Below are positions 15,794-24,000 of a stretch of 24,000 bases of DNA, one piece after another; the first letter of the stretch is position 1, and each line of letters opens with the position of its first letter. A model generated the notes under the pieces. The model had not been told where the DNA came from and ran no database searches. It saw only the letters and a program-made list of their open reading frames with translations. This DNA is from Baileyella intestinalis. GTDB taxonomy: Bacteria; Bacillota; Clostridia; Peptostreptococcales; Anaerovoracaceae. The stretch is from assembly GCF_009695865.1 (NCBI RefSeq), contig NZ_VUNB01000006.1, positions 89,109-113,108 of the forward strand. The letters run 5' to 3'. The translations under genes and the position numbers were made by a program.

Positions 15794-16918
15794 ATGAAGA
15801 GCGTTAATTGCCCATATTGTGGAACCAAATGCATCAGACATGGAAAGAATAGTTCAGGTACGCAAAGATGGTTTTGCCCTGAATGCAAGTCATCATTTAC
15901 ACCCAAGATTGATAACTCTTCAAAACAGTTAAATATGTTTCTGAAGTGGTTGTTTGGACGAAACACTCAAGGAAATATGCCAGGTGGTGGCAGAACATTT
16001 CGTAGAAATACTGTAAAGTTCTGGAACCTGTGGCCTATGCCTCCTGTCATCGAGGACAAGAAAGACGTAGTATATTTAGACGGCATATATCTTGCCAGAA
16101 AAGCATGTATATTGATCTGCTGTGATGACGAATATGTACTTGGATGGTATCTGTGCAGATATGAGCACTCCGGTGCCTGGAAGGCATTGATGTCCAGAAT
16201 AGCGGAACCTGTAATGGTGGTGTCTGACGGAGGCTCTGGTTTTAATAAGGCACTTCGTAAAACGTGGCCTCATGCGAAACACCAAAGGTGTCTGTTTCAT
16301 GTGTTTTCACAGATAAAACGATATACGACAACGCGTCCTAAAACACTTGCAGGAATTGAGTTATACGCGCTTTCAAAGGATCTTCTGAAGCTTGGTACCA
16401 AAGAGGAAGCAGAGAAATGGACCGAAAGCTTTGTGGAATGGATGAGCAAGTACAACAAATTCCTGAGCCAGATGTCTCGTGATGAAAATGGAAGTTGGAG
16501 ATACACACATGAAAGGTTGTTAAAGGCACAGCGCTCCATTGTAAGGCTGATAAAAGAAAACAGCATGTTCACATATCTGGATGAGCAGTTAAGTCAGGAA
16601 ATAGATGAATTGCCGTCAACAAATAATCGAATCGAAGGAGGGGTCAATTCGAGGATAAGAGCATTGCTCAGGGACCATAGAGGGTTATCTGTCGAAAGAA
16701 GAATAAAAGCGGTCTTCTGGTGGTGTTATATGCACTCACCAGAGCCGCTTTCTGCGTCTGAAATATTGAAAGTTATGCCTACAGACAAGAGCATTTCAGA
16801 TATCTACGAAAGAATTTCGGATAGTGAAAAACGTACCTCGACTATCCCTATGTGGGGTGATGCTATTGTCTGGAGTGAACTCCATAGAGAGGATAATTAT
16901 CCTTCTTACTGGGATTAA
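15794..16918 (+). CDS. IS transposase (MULE/IS256-type DDE domain with an N-terminal zinc ribbon)
   Basis: CPYCG...CPECK zinc ribbon. Candidate DDE residues lie in VVYLDGIY, VVSDGGSG and TNNRIEGG. GGGAGGA RBS at 15781..15787. ATG at 15794 is preferred over the tracked TTG at 15731. Confidence 0.85.
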   Translation: MKSVNCPYCGTKCIRHGKNSSGTQRWFCPECKSSFTPKIDNSSKQLNMFLKWLFGRNTQGNMPGGGRTFRRNTVKFWNLWPMPPVIEDKKDVVYLDGIYLARKACILICCDDEYVLGWYLCRYEHSGAWKALMSRIAEPVMVVSDGGSGFNKALRKTWPHAKHQRCLFHVFSQIKRYTTTRPKTLAGIELYALSKDLLKLGTKEEAEKWTESFVEWMSKYNKFLSQMSRDENGSWRYTHERLLKAQRSIVRLIKENSMFTYLDEQLSQEIDELPSTNNRIEGGVNSRIRALLRDHRGLSVERRIKAVFWWCYMHSPEPLSASEILKVMPTDKSISDIYERISDSEKRTSTIPMWGDAIVWSELHREDNYPSYWD

Positions 16919-16945
16919 CAAAACACGTTTTTTGTCCTATAAGCC

Positions 16946-16953
16946 GAGGTTGC
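16946..16953. repeat. Target-site duplication, right copy (GAGGTTGC)
   Basis: Identical to 15593..15600. Confidence 0.85.
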
Positions 16954-17037
16954 TGCTGGATTCGAAGATTTTGATATCTTGCTGCCTGGCCCATCTTCCG
17001 CGGTAATTTGCCGCAGCTGATCCATGGCCCGGGCATA

Positions 17038-18168
17038 TCAGGCCAGACATATTTTGCATGGTTTATATCCCTGGGATTCCAGGTCGGACAGGGACTGGTG
17101 GGAAATTTTTTTGTTGTGATCTGCCATTTTCCTTACGCTGCTGCAGTCTGGCTGGTGGATTATTCCTGAACTGGTGTTGATGACGAAGTACTGGCTGCTC
17201 TCGCTGCTTCCGCCAGATGAATCTTGTTTTTCCCCTGAAGATCCACTACTTGCAGGGGCGTTTCCGGAAGAGCCTTCTGTGGAACCACCTGCGGCTTCCC
17301 AGGATTCCTGTAGATTTCCGGTTTTTGTAAACTCCTCTGCCCAGGCTTTGCTGGTGAGCCTCATGTTTCCTGTGGAGTAGTCAATGGAAAAGCCCGGCTG
17401 TACGTTGTATATGTATACATTGAAGTCCAGAGAACCTCTGTCTTCCAGGGAAAAACCTTCCATATGTATTCCCCGGCACACCGGCTCCTCTCCGTGGTAA
17501 TCTGCTGTTACCCTGTAAATCACGTGTTTCCCCGGATTATTCTTAAGATAGTCCACCACCTGGCTTTCGTAGGGAATCATTTCCGTGTTGCAGGTCCGGG
17601 TGGCAGTGACCAGGTCCCTTTCAGCAAAAACAGAACTTCCGTCGATGCCGGAAATGGACCAGGCAATGAGATGAGCTCTGTTGTAGAAGCTGCCTCCCGG
17701 CACAAGGCCCGGAAAACTGGCGCTTTTCCAGCCTGAGGGGTGAACTTCGCTGATGGAACCTCTTTTTCCACTGGGAAGTTCTGACGACTCTTCTATTACT
17801 TCCGCACCTGTGGCCCGCCCCAGACTGTCCAGAGGGTTGTAGCTCACGTAAGATCTACGCTTGGCTTTCTCACTTTCGCTGAATCCCGCATGGTTTTCGT
17901 TCAGCACCACCACCATAGGCTGTCCGTCCTGGTAGTCAGGAACGGCTGACATGGACTGGGCTGTGGAAAAAGAAGACTTCTCCTGGCTGCCAGATAAGGA
18001 ATTCCGGGAGGAACTGCCGGAGCTTACGGAACAGCCGGCAGCAGAAACTGCAAGAAGGGCTGCCATACAAAGTACAGCAACCCTTTTAAATGCTCTGCCA
18101 GGAGCCTTGAATCCTCCTGGAAATATTTTGTTAGTGGCGGATGTTCCGCCGTGAATGTTGAATTTCAA
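17038..18168 (-). CDS. Secreted lipoprotein DNA/RNA non-specific endonuclease with a C-terminal Cys/His zinc-ribbon-like motif
   Basis: Signal peptide ending in the lipobox-like LAVSAAG-C. Nuclease core FYNRAHLIAWSISG...VIYRVTADYHG...NVYIYNV (Endonuclease_NS_2-like). Ser/Gly-rich linker. C-terminus IIHQPDCSSVRK...GYKPCKIC. Apparent TTG start at 18168 is preceded by GGAG. Confidence 0.75.
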   Translation of the reverse strand: MKFNIHGGTSATNKIFPGGFKAPGRAFKRVAVLCMAALLAVSAAGCSVSSGSSSRNSLSGSQEKSSFSTAQSMSAVPDYQDGQPMVVVLNENHAGFSESEKAKRRSYVSYNPLDSLGRATGAEVIEESSELPSGKRGSISEVHPSGWKSASFPGLVPGGSFYNRAHLIAWSISGIDGSSVFAERDLVTATRTCNTEMIPYESQVVDYLKNNPGKHVIYRVTADYHGEEPVCRGIHMEGFSLEDRGSLDFNVYIYNVQPGFSIDYSTGNMRLTSKAWAEEFTKTGNLQESWEAAGGSTEGSSGNAPASSGSSGEKQDSSGGSSESSQYFVINTSSGIIHQPDCSSVRKMADHNKKISHQSLSDLESQGYKPCKICLA

Positions 18169-18238
18169 TTTAACTCCTGCTGATGAACTGAATAACGAAT
18201 AAATTATTGTGTAACCGGTTTTTGCACGGTGACAGCCT

Positions 18239-19417
18239 CTATTTAGCCATCTGATAAATCTTTACGAAATCTTCCGGATACAGTACCTTTGCGGCGCCGA
18301 TGTGGCCTCCAACTGCATCGCTGCATTTCCTTGCTAAGATTTGAATTTCCTCATCGGAAGGGTGTACACCAAGCTGGCTCATGGAAACAGGCATGTTGAT
18401 GCTCCGGAAGAAATCCTCCATGGCCTCTATGCCCTTAAGGGCAATCTGCCTGTCGCTTCCCTCCTCTGGAATATCCATGATCTCAACTGCGAATTTTCTG
18501 AATCTCCAGAGACAGTCATCCATCACGTACCTTGCCCAGCTGCCCCAAAGAGCTGCCAGACCTGCGCCGTGGGACACATCATACATTCCGCTGAGTTCGT
18601 GCTCAAGGCGGTGAGTTGCAAAATCATCCCCGCCGTTTCCGCAGCCTGTAAGGCCGTTGTGGGAAAGACTTCCGGCCCACATCACTTCCGCTCTTGACTG
18701 GTAGTTTTCAGGGTCAGCAAGAAGAATCGGTGCATGCTTCATAACGGTTTTAACAACCCCTCTGGCCATTTCGTCTGTAATGTCCATGTTTCCTTTTGCT
18801 GTAAAATATCTCTCCAGGGTATGCATGATTATGTCCGTGCAGCCGCAGGAAGTCTGGAATGGCGGAAGGGTTGTAGTCAGCTGAGGATCGAGGATGGAAA
18901 AAACAGGACGGCCCAGGTTGTTGCTGTAACCTCTCTTGATTCCTCCTTCGTCCTTAGTTATTACTGAGGAGTTGCTCATTTCACTGCCGGTGGCGGCAAG
19001 AGTCAGAATGTCACCTACAGGAACTATGGCCTCTGCCTGTTTTTTTCTGTCGTAAAAATCCCATACGTCTCCGCTGTAGGGAATGCCGTAGCCAATGGCC
19101 TTAGCCGAATCCAGCACACTGCCGCCGCCTACCGCAAGAATGAAATCAATTTTTTCCCTGCGGCCCAGTTCAATTCCCTGGTATACCAGAGACAGACGGG
19201 GATTTGGCACAACTCCGCCCAGCTCTGCAAAAGGAATGCCGGCTTCATTTAGACTGGTTCTGACCTTGTCCAGAAGACCGGAGCGGATGACGCTGCCTGT
19301 GCCATAGTGTACAAGGACTTTTGTGGCTCCCGCTTTTTTCAGCTCACTGCCTACTTCATTTTCTTTATCTTTGCCGAAAATCACTTTTGTCGGTGTGTAA
19401 TATACAAAATCGTTCAT
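18239..19417 (-). CDS. Iron-containing alcohol dehydrogenase (butanol dehydrogenase / YqhD-like)
   Basis: Fe-ADH family motifs AVGGGSVLDSAKAI and THRLEHELSGMYDVSHGAGLA. AAGGAG RBS lies upstream of the ATG at 19417. Confidence 0.85.
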   Translation of the reverse strand: MNDFVYYTPTKVIFGKDKENEVGSELKKAGATKVLVHYGTGSVIRSGLLDKVRTSLNEAGIPFAELGGVVPNPRLSLVYQGIELGRREKIDFILAVGGGSVLDSAKAIGYGIPYSGDVWDFYDRKKQAEAIVPVGDILTLAATGSEMSNSSVITKDEGGIKRGYSNNLGRPVFSILDPQLTTTLPPFQTSCGCTDIIMHTLERYFTAKGNMDITDEMARGVVKTVMKHAPILLADPENYQSRAEVMWAGSLSHNGLTGCGNGGDDFATHRLEHELSGMYDVSHGAGLAALWGSWARYVMDDCLWRFRKFAVEIMDIPEEGSDRQIALKGIEAMEDFFRSINMPVSMSQLGVHPSDEEIQILARKCSDAVGGHIGAAKVLYPEDFVKIYQMAK

Positions 19418-19725
19418 GTTTCTTATCTCCTTTCACGGGCATCACCGGTCCGCAAGTGAAGCCGCAGTCAGACACAATATGTTGTGGTAGAGATATTCCA
19501 GCGGTTTCACGAAACAGGTCTGTATGCAAGGGTAAAAGCACCACGGGGATGGATTAAATAAAAACACCGAAGATGCTCTATGTCATGGTACCATATACAA
19601 CGTTGCCGGTGTAGGCGGGAGAAGAATTTAAAGATAAAAAAATTTTTTGTTCTATCTCCACAAATAACGGTTTTATCCCAGCAAAATCAGGTCTTGGGCG
19701 GGATAGTGAACCTGCACGGTACAGT

Positions 19726-19755
19726 TTGACACAAACACATTATATAGGGTATAAT
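19726..19755 (+). promoter_or_regulatory. Sigma-A promoter of nrdD
   Basis: TTGACA (19726..19731), 18-nt spacer, TATAAT (19750..19755). Confidence 0.6.
19735..19750. promoter_or_regulatory. NrdR box 1
   Basis: ACACATTATATAGGGT resembles the 16-bp NrdR palindrome (ACACnATATATnGTGT-like) and overlaps the promoter spacer. Confidence 0.6.
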
Positions 19756-19767
19756 TTACAAGCTGGC

Positions 19768-19783
19768 ACACGATATATAGTGA
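19768..19783. promoter_or_regulatory. NrdR box 2
   Basis: ACACGATATATAGTGA is a near-consensus NrdR palindrome, starting 33 bp after box 1 and lying downstream of the -10 box. Confidence 0.7.
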
Positions 19784-19854
19784 TTGCCACTTAAATAAAA
19801 CTGCGAAATACAGGATTATGGTGATCCTGTTCATATAGTTTGAGGGAGAACGAA

Positions 19855-22059
19855 ATGAAAGTAATTAAGAGAAACGGATCTGAAGTTGAGTTTGATATAG
19901 ACAAGATTGTCACTGCCATCAGCAAGGCTAACAAGGCAGTTCCTGAAGCTATCAGGATGACACCTGTTCAGATCAAGAGAATTTCCGACAGCGTGGCTGT
20001 TTCTTGTGACACCCTTGGCAGAGCCCCTTCAGTTGAAGAGATACAGGATATGGTAGAGCGCCAGATTATGCAGCACGGTGCATATGAGGTGGCAAAGGCC
20101 TATATCACATACAGATACACAAGAACTCTGGTTCGTCAGTCCAACACCACCGACGACAAGATCCTGTCCCTCATTGACAGAAACAATGAGGAGGTTAAGC
20201 AGGAGAACTCAAACAAGAACCCTGTGATCAACTCTACACAGAGAGACTACATGGCTGGAGAGGTGAGCAAGGACCTGGCAAGCAGAATCCTTCTTCCTCA
20301 GGAGATTGTGGAGGCTCACAACGAGGCCATAATCCACTTCCACGACATGGATTACTACGCTCAGAGAGAGCACAACTGCGACCTGATCAACCTGGAAGAC
20401 ATGCTTCAGAACGGAACAGTAATCAGCGAGACTAAGATCGAGAAGCCACACAGCTTCTATACAGCCTGCAACATTACTACTCAGATTATCGCCCAGGTTG
20501 CCAGCAACCAGTACGGCGGACAGTCATTCTCCCTGGCTCACCTGGCTCCATTTATAGACATCAGCAGACAGAAGCTGAGAAAGCAGGTAGTAGAAGACAG
20601 AATCGCCTGTGGAGAGTCTCTGGACGATGAGATCATCAACAAGATAACAGAGCACCACCTGAAGAATGAGATCAGCTCCGGCATCCAGACAATCCAGTAC
20701 CAGCTGATCACACTGATGACCTGTAACGGACAGGCCCCGTTCGTCACAATGTTCATGTATCTGGACGAGGCTCCAGAAGGAAGAACAAGAGATGACCTGG
20801 CCATGGCCATTGAGGAAGTTCTGAAGCAGAGGATTCAGGGTGTTAAGAACGAGAAGGGCGTGTGGATTACACCGGCATTCCCTAAACTCATCTACGCACT
20901 GGACGAAGACAATATCCATCCTGACTCAAAGTACTACTATCTCACAGAACTGGCAGCTCAGTGCACTGCGAAGAGAATGGTACCTGACTACATCTCTGTA
21001 AAGACCATGAAGAAGCTTAAGGGCGGAGACGTTTACACCTGCATGGGATGCAGATCCTTCCTTACGCCGGACAGGTTTACAGATGCGGGAATCGGAAACA
21101 TTGCCAACGCAGGAAACTATAAGCCCGGTGTTCACAGATATTACGGAAGGTTTAACCAGGGCGTTGTAACCATCAACCTGGTAGATGTTGCTTGTTCTTC
21201 AGAGGGCAACATGGACAAGTTCTGGAAGATTCTGGACGAAAGACTGGAACTGTGCCACAGAGCTTTGAGACTGAGACACGAACGTCTTCTGGGAACTCCT
21301 TCAGACGTTGCACCTATTCTCTGGCAGCACGGAGCTATTGCCAGACTGAAGAAGGGTGAGCCTATTGACAAGCTGCTCTATAACGGATATTCAACCCTTT
21401 CACTGGGATATGCAGGAATCTGCGAGATGTGCTGGAGAATGACTGGAAAGTCCAACACCACCAGTGAGGGAAGAGAGTTCTCTCTGAAGGTTATGGAGAA
21501 GATGAACGACAAGTGTGCTGAATGGAAGGCAGAGGAGAATATTGACTACTCTGTATACGGCACACCTATGGAGTCCACTACATATAAGTTTGCAAAGGCA
21601 CTGCAGAGAAGATTCGGCGTTATTCCACACGTAACAGATAAGAACTACATAACCAACAGCTATCACGTTCACGTTGAAGAAGACATCGATGCATTCTCAA
21701 AGCTGAAGTTTGAATCTGACTTCCAGAAGCTGAGCCCGGGCGGAGCCATCAGCTACGTAGAGGTTCCGAACATGCAGAACAATATTCCAGCTGTTCTCGA
21801 TGTTATGAAGTACATCTATGACAACATCATGTACGCAGAGCTGAACACCAAGAGCGATTACTGCCAGGCTTGCGGCTACGACGGAGAGATCAAGATCGTA
21901 GAGGACGAAGATGGCAAGCTGGTATGGGAGTGCCCTAACTGCGGAAACAGGAATCAGGACAGAATGTCTGTTGCCAGAAGAACATGCGGATATATAGGTA
22001 CCCAGTTCTGGAACCAGGGAAGAACTCAGGAGATTAAGGACAGAGTTCTCCACCTGTAG
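19855..22059 (+). CDS. nrdD: Anaerobic ribonucleoside-triphosphate reductase (class III)
   Basis: N-terminal ATP-cone (MKVIKRNGSEVEFDIDKI). C-terminal zinc ribbon CQACG...CPNCG. Glycyl radical motif RRTCGYIG. GAGGGAG RBS precedes the ATG at 19855. Confidence 0.95.
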   Translation: MKVIKRNGSEVEFDIDKIVTAISKANKAVPEAIRMTPVQIKRISDSVAVSCDTLGRAPSVEEIQDMVERQIMQHGAYEVAKAYITYRYTRTLVRQSNTTDDKILSLIDRNNEEVKQENSNKNPVINSTQRDYMAGEVSKDLASRILLPQEIVEAHNEAIIHFHDMDYYAQREHNCDLINLEDMLQNGTVISETKIEKPHSFYTACNITTQIIAQVASNQYGGQSFSLAHLAPFIDISRQKLRKQVVEDRIACGESLDDEIINKITEHHLKNEISSGIQTIQYQLITLMTCNGQAPFVTMFMYLDEAPEGRTRDDLAMAIEEVLKQRIQGVKNEKGVWITPAFPKLIYALDEDNIHPDSKYYYLTELAAQCTAKRMVPDYISVKTMKKLKGGDVYTCMGCRSFLTPDRFTDAGIGNIANAGNYKPGVHRYYGRFNQGVVTINLVDVACSSEGNMDKFWKILDERLELCHRALRLRHERLLGTPSDVAPILWQHGAIARLKKGEPIDKLLYNGYSTLSLGYAGICEMCWRMTGKSNTTSEGREFSLKVMEKMNDKCAEWKAEENIDYSVYGTPMESTTYKFAKALQRRFGVIPHVTDKNYITNSYHVHVEEDIDAFSKLKFESDFQKLSPGGAISYVEVPNMQNNIPAVLDVMKYIYDNIMYAELNTKSDYCQACGYDGEIKIVEDEDGKLVWECPNCGNRNQDRMSVARRTCGYIGTQFWNQGRTQEIKDRVLHL

Positions 22060-22090
22060 CCACAATTGCCAGAAGAGGATTAATATCAAT

Positions 22091-22126
22091 CAGGTCTCAT
22101 CCTCCGGGATGAGACCTGAAATTTTC
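22091..22126 (+). terminator. Strong hairpin between nrdD and nrdG (attenuator or partial terminator)
   Basis: Perfect 12-bp stem CAGGTCTCATCC / GGATGAGACCTG with loop TCCG, followed by AAATTTTC. Confidence 0.55.
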
Positions 22127-22229
22127 TGTAATGTAAATGATTTCGAGAACTATTTCAGAGACCGGAGGAGCTCACTGCTTTCAGTGTCGGACAGACAGTG
22201 GTTAAGAAAATAATACCGGAGGAGCCATA

Positions 22230-22778
22230 ATGAACTACGGAGAAATAAAGAACTGCGACATAGCAAATGGTACAGGAGTGAGAGTTACATTGTTCGTTTC
22301 AGGATGTACGAACAGGTGCGAAGGCTGTTTCCAGCCACAGACCTGGGATTTTTCTTATGGACAGCCTTTTACCAGTGAGACAGAGAATCAGATTCTGGAA
22401 TTGCTGGAGCCCGATTACATTGACGGGCTTACGCTTCTGGGAGGAGAACCTTTTGAGCCGGAGAACCAGCAGGTTCTTCTGCCTTTCCTCAGGAGAGTAA
22501 GGGAGAAATTCCCTGATAAGAGCAGCAAGTCAATATGGTCGTTTACCGGGTTCACCCTTGAAGAGCTGAAGAGGGAAGGCAGCCATCCAAGATGCGAGTA
22601 CACCGATGAGATGCTGGCCATGATCAACGTGCTGGTGGACGGACCTTTCGTTCAGGAGAAGAAAAATATAAGCCTTCAGTTCAGAGGTTCCGAGAACCAG
22701 AGAGTGATCGACCTGGACAAGACCAGAGAGGCAGGCTCAATAGTGCTGTGGAGCGACGGCATCGTTGAGAACAGATAA
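22230..22778 (+). CDS. nrdG: Anaerobic ribonucleotide reductase activating protein (radical SAM)
   Basis: IKNCDIANGTGVRVTLFVSGCTNRCEGCF (CX3CX2C) and LLGGEPF. GGAGG RBS. It is adjacent to nrdD. Confidence 0.9.
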   Translation: MNYGEIKNCDIANGTGVRVTLFVSGCTNRCEGCFQPQTWDFSYGQPFTSETENQILELLEPDYIDGLTLLGGEPFEPENQQVLLPFLRRVREKFPDKSSKSIWSFTGFTLEELKREGSHPRCEYTDEMLAMINVLVDGPFVQEKKNISLQFRGSENQRVIDLDKTREAGSIVLWSDGIVENR

Positions 22779-23056
22779 CCTCGTTATGTATTAAACGAAA
22801 TACAAGGCAGGGGCCGGGTTGGAATCAGACTGAATAAATATAGTTGGGCGCAATTAAACCACGGGAAACAGGTGAAAATCGAGAGAAAGTTGTTTATCAG
22901 AAACAAAAATCTCTGGCTAAAAACTGTTAATGTTTATATATCAGAACAATTAATAAGCTGAATAAGAAAATCTGTCTTCCGTTAATCTTTTAACTGTTGT
23001 ACACTTGCATCAATCAAGAAGAAAAACTATTTGCCCACAGGGCAGGGAGGCAAGAG

Positions 23057-23221
23057 ATGACAAAGAAGATGATTTGCGCAGTTATCTATGTTGCAATCGC
23101 AGGTGCATTTTTGTTTGATATGGCCAGCGGCAGAAATTCTTTCCCTGCTGAGCTGGTGGGAGGAGCTGCAATTGCTGCCGTTCTGGGAATGGCTTCCAGA
23201 TTCAACGGTCAGACAAAGTAG
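23057..23221 (+). CDS. Small (54 aa) predicted two-helix membrane protein
   Basis: GGGAGG RBS at 23045..23050 precedes the ATG at 23057. Two hydrophobic segments (ICAVIYVAIAGAFLF; LVGGAAIAAVLGMA). Followed by a terminator. The tracked start at 22997 lacks an RBS. Confidence 0.5.
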   Translation: MTKKMICAVIYVAIAGAFLFDMASGRNSFPAELVGGAAIAAVLGMASRFNGQTK

Positions 23222-23264
23222 CCAGTTTAAATATAGCCAACCCATATAACCTATACCACAAGAT

Positions 23265-23301
23265 CCCGGAGACCTGGTCTCGGGGAATTCTTGTTTTTTT
23301 T
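23265..23301 (+). terminator. Rho-independent terminator
   Basis: CCCGGAGACC / GGTCTCGGGG stem (one mismatch) followed by AATTCTTG and a T8 run. Confidence 0.6.
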
Positions 23302-23437
23302 GGCTTTTTTCCCGGTACTTCCATTTATGCTATAATGACAGTGGGTTTTTATGAGAAAAAATCATCTTGTGAGAGGCAGTTTTTCTACGGGATGGGCAGC
23401 ACTTCTGCTTAGCATATAACAATACATATAAAATCAC

Positions 23438-24000
23438 ATGAATCATAAACAAATTTCCATTGCCCGGGCAGTGCGAAGGTACCAGAACCGGGAAACAGAA
23501 GCCTATAATGAAATATTTATTTACCTGGTTGATATGCTGGGAATTTACTCAAGAGCTCTGGCAGGATCACTGGCCAGAAGCGCGGCTTCTGATGCCCCGG
23601 ATTCAGCCCCGGGAAAGAAGGATAAAGAACGGGAAAAAGAGTCAAGGGAAAACGAGAAGCTCATACGTAAGGCTCAGGAGGACAGTGAACAGCTTCTCCA
23701 GGATACCATCAGGGAGATAACCGACAACCTGGGAAATCTAAGATCCACTGAAGCCTTTGATACATGGGCCCTTGGAGTTCTTAAACGCCATGCAAGAGAG
23801 AGGCAGCTGCGCTTTATCAAAGCAGCAGGCATGGGCGCAAACAACGGAAACGAAAGAGGCGTTACAACCGATACCATAAGCGAAACTTTTGCCATGGGCC
23901 TTGATGAAGCAATTAATGGAGCCTTTCATCAGAAATACAATCAGGGAAAGACAGCCCTTTCTTCTGAATCCGGCAGAAGGACGGCCTTTGACGACCCGGC
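23438..24000 (+). CDS. Sigma-70-family (ECF-like region 2) protein, 3'-truncated by the window edge and absent from the ORF track
   Basis: Frame 2 is open from the ATG at 23438 to the window end (187 codons; the in-frame TAA at 23417..23419 sets the upstream limit). AVRRYQNRETEAYNEIFIYLVDMLGIYSRAL and LLQDTIREI...LRSTEAFDTWALGVLKRHARERQLRF resemble sigma region 2.1-2.4, interrupted by a ~35-aa charged insert. No clear RBS. Confidence 0.45.
   Translation, partial: MNHKQISIARAVRRYQNRETEAYNEIFIYLVDMLGIYSRALAGSLARSAASDAPDSAPGKKDKEREKESRENEKLIRKAQEDSEQLLQDTIREITDNLGNLRSTEAFDTWALGVLKRHARERQLRFIKAAGMGANNGNERGVTTDTISETFAMGLDEAINGAFHQKYNQGKTALSSESGRRTAFDDP

Larger units (their letters stand above)
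15601..16945 (+). mobile_element. Intact insertion sequence (1345 bp), IS256 family / IS1249-like
   Basis: Perfect 24-bp terminal inverted repeats GGCTTATAGGACAAAAAACGTGTT (15601..15624 and the reverse complement of 16922..16945). 8-bp direct target duplication. Single DDE transposase ORF. Confidence 0.9.

Noticed and set aside
18157-18169. GTTGAATTTCAAT at the nuclease start resembles the IS palindrome core GTTGAAATTTCAAC (15730..15743)
   Set aside because: It is a short AT-rich match with an indel and no flanking IS-like sequence, so it is most likely coincidence.
19441-19640. Palindromes in the adh upstream region (GTTTC-AC-GAAAC at 19504..19515; ACACAATATGTTGTG at 19472..19486; ATGGTACCAT at 19585..19594) as possible Rex, NrdR or other operators
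   Set aside because: None matches a consensus I can name with confidence; the Rex box, for example, is TTGTGAA-N4-TTCACAA-like. They are short and could arise by chance, so they are worth a motif scan but not a call.
23460-23720. Tracked 86-aa ORF (frame 3) and the overlapping minus-strand ORFs 23674..23929
   Set aside because: They overlap a longer open frame-2 reading (23438 to the window end) that has sigma-like sequence features. The tracked ORFs have Arg/Lys-rich nonsense-like composition.

Overview
This looks like a chromosomal window from an anaerobic Firmicute. The Clostridia/Lachnospiraceae-like assignment is an inference from gene content, not a measurement. Hand-derived coordinates for RNA and DNA motifs should be rechecked computationally.

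Content from left to right:
- The last ~4.6 kb of a giant repetitive surface adhesin that runs off the left edge.
- A small winged-helix ORF pair that looks like one gene split by an in-frame TGA.
- prmA.
- A tightly packed amidohydrolase / MetA::aspartokinase fusion / TetR unit.
- A glycyl-radical trans-4-hydroxy-L-proline dehydratase-type operon (activase, HypD-like enzyme, proC), with related operator-like sites placed alike behind two promoters.
- An intact IS256/IS1249-like insertion sequence with perfect 24-bp inverted repeats and an 8-bp target duplication.
- A secreted nuclease lipoprotein and an Fe-alcohol dehydrogenase on the minus strand.
- nrdD-nrdG with two NrdR boxes.
- A small membrane protein.
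- The 5' part of a sigma-70-like ORF that runs off the right edge and is absent from the ORF track.

I found no rRNA, tRNA, CRISPR array or recognisable defence system, and no convincing wholly new multi-gene system. The items most worth follow-up are:
- the MetA-aspartokinase fusion;
- the paired operator sites linking the hyp operon and proC, with TetR as the candidate regulator;
- an unclassified three-way-junction leader upstream of proC.
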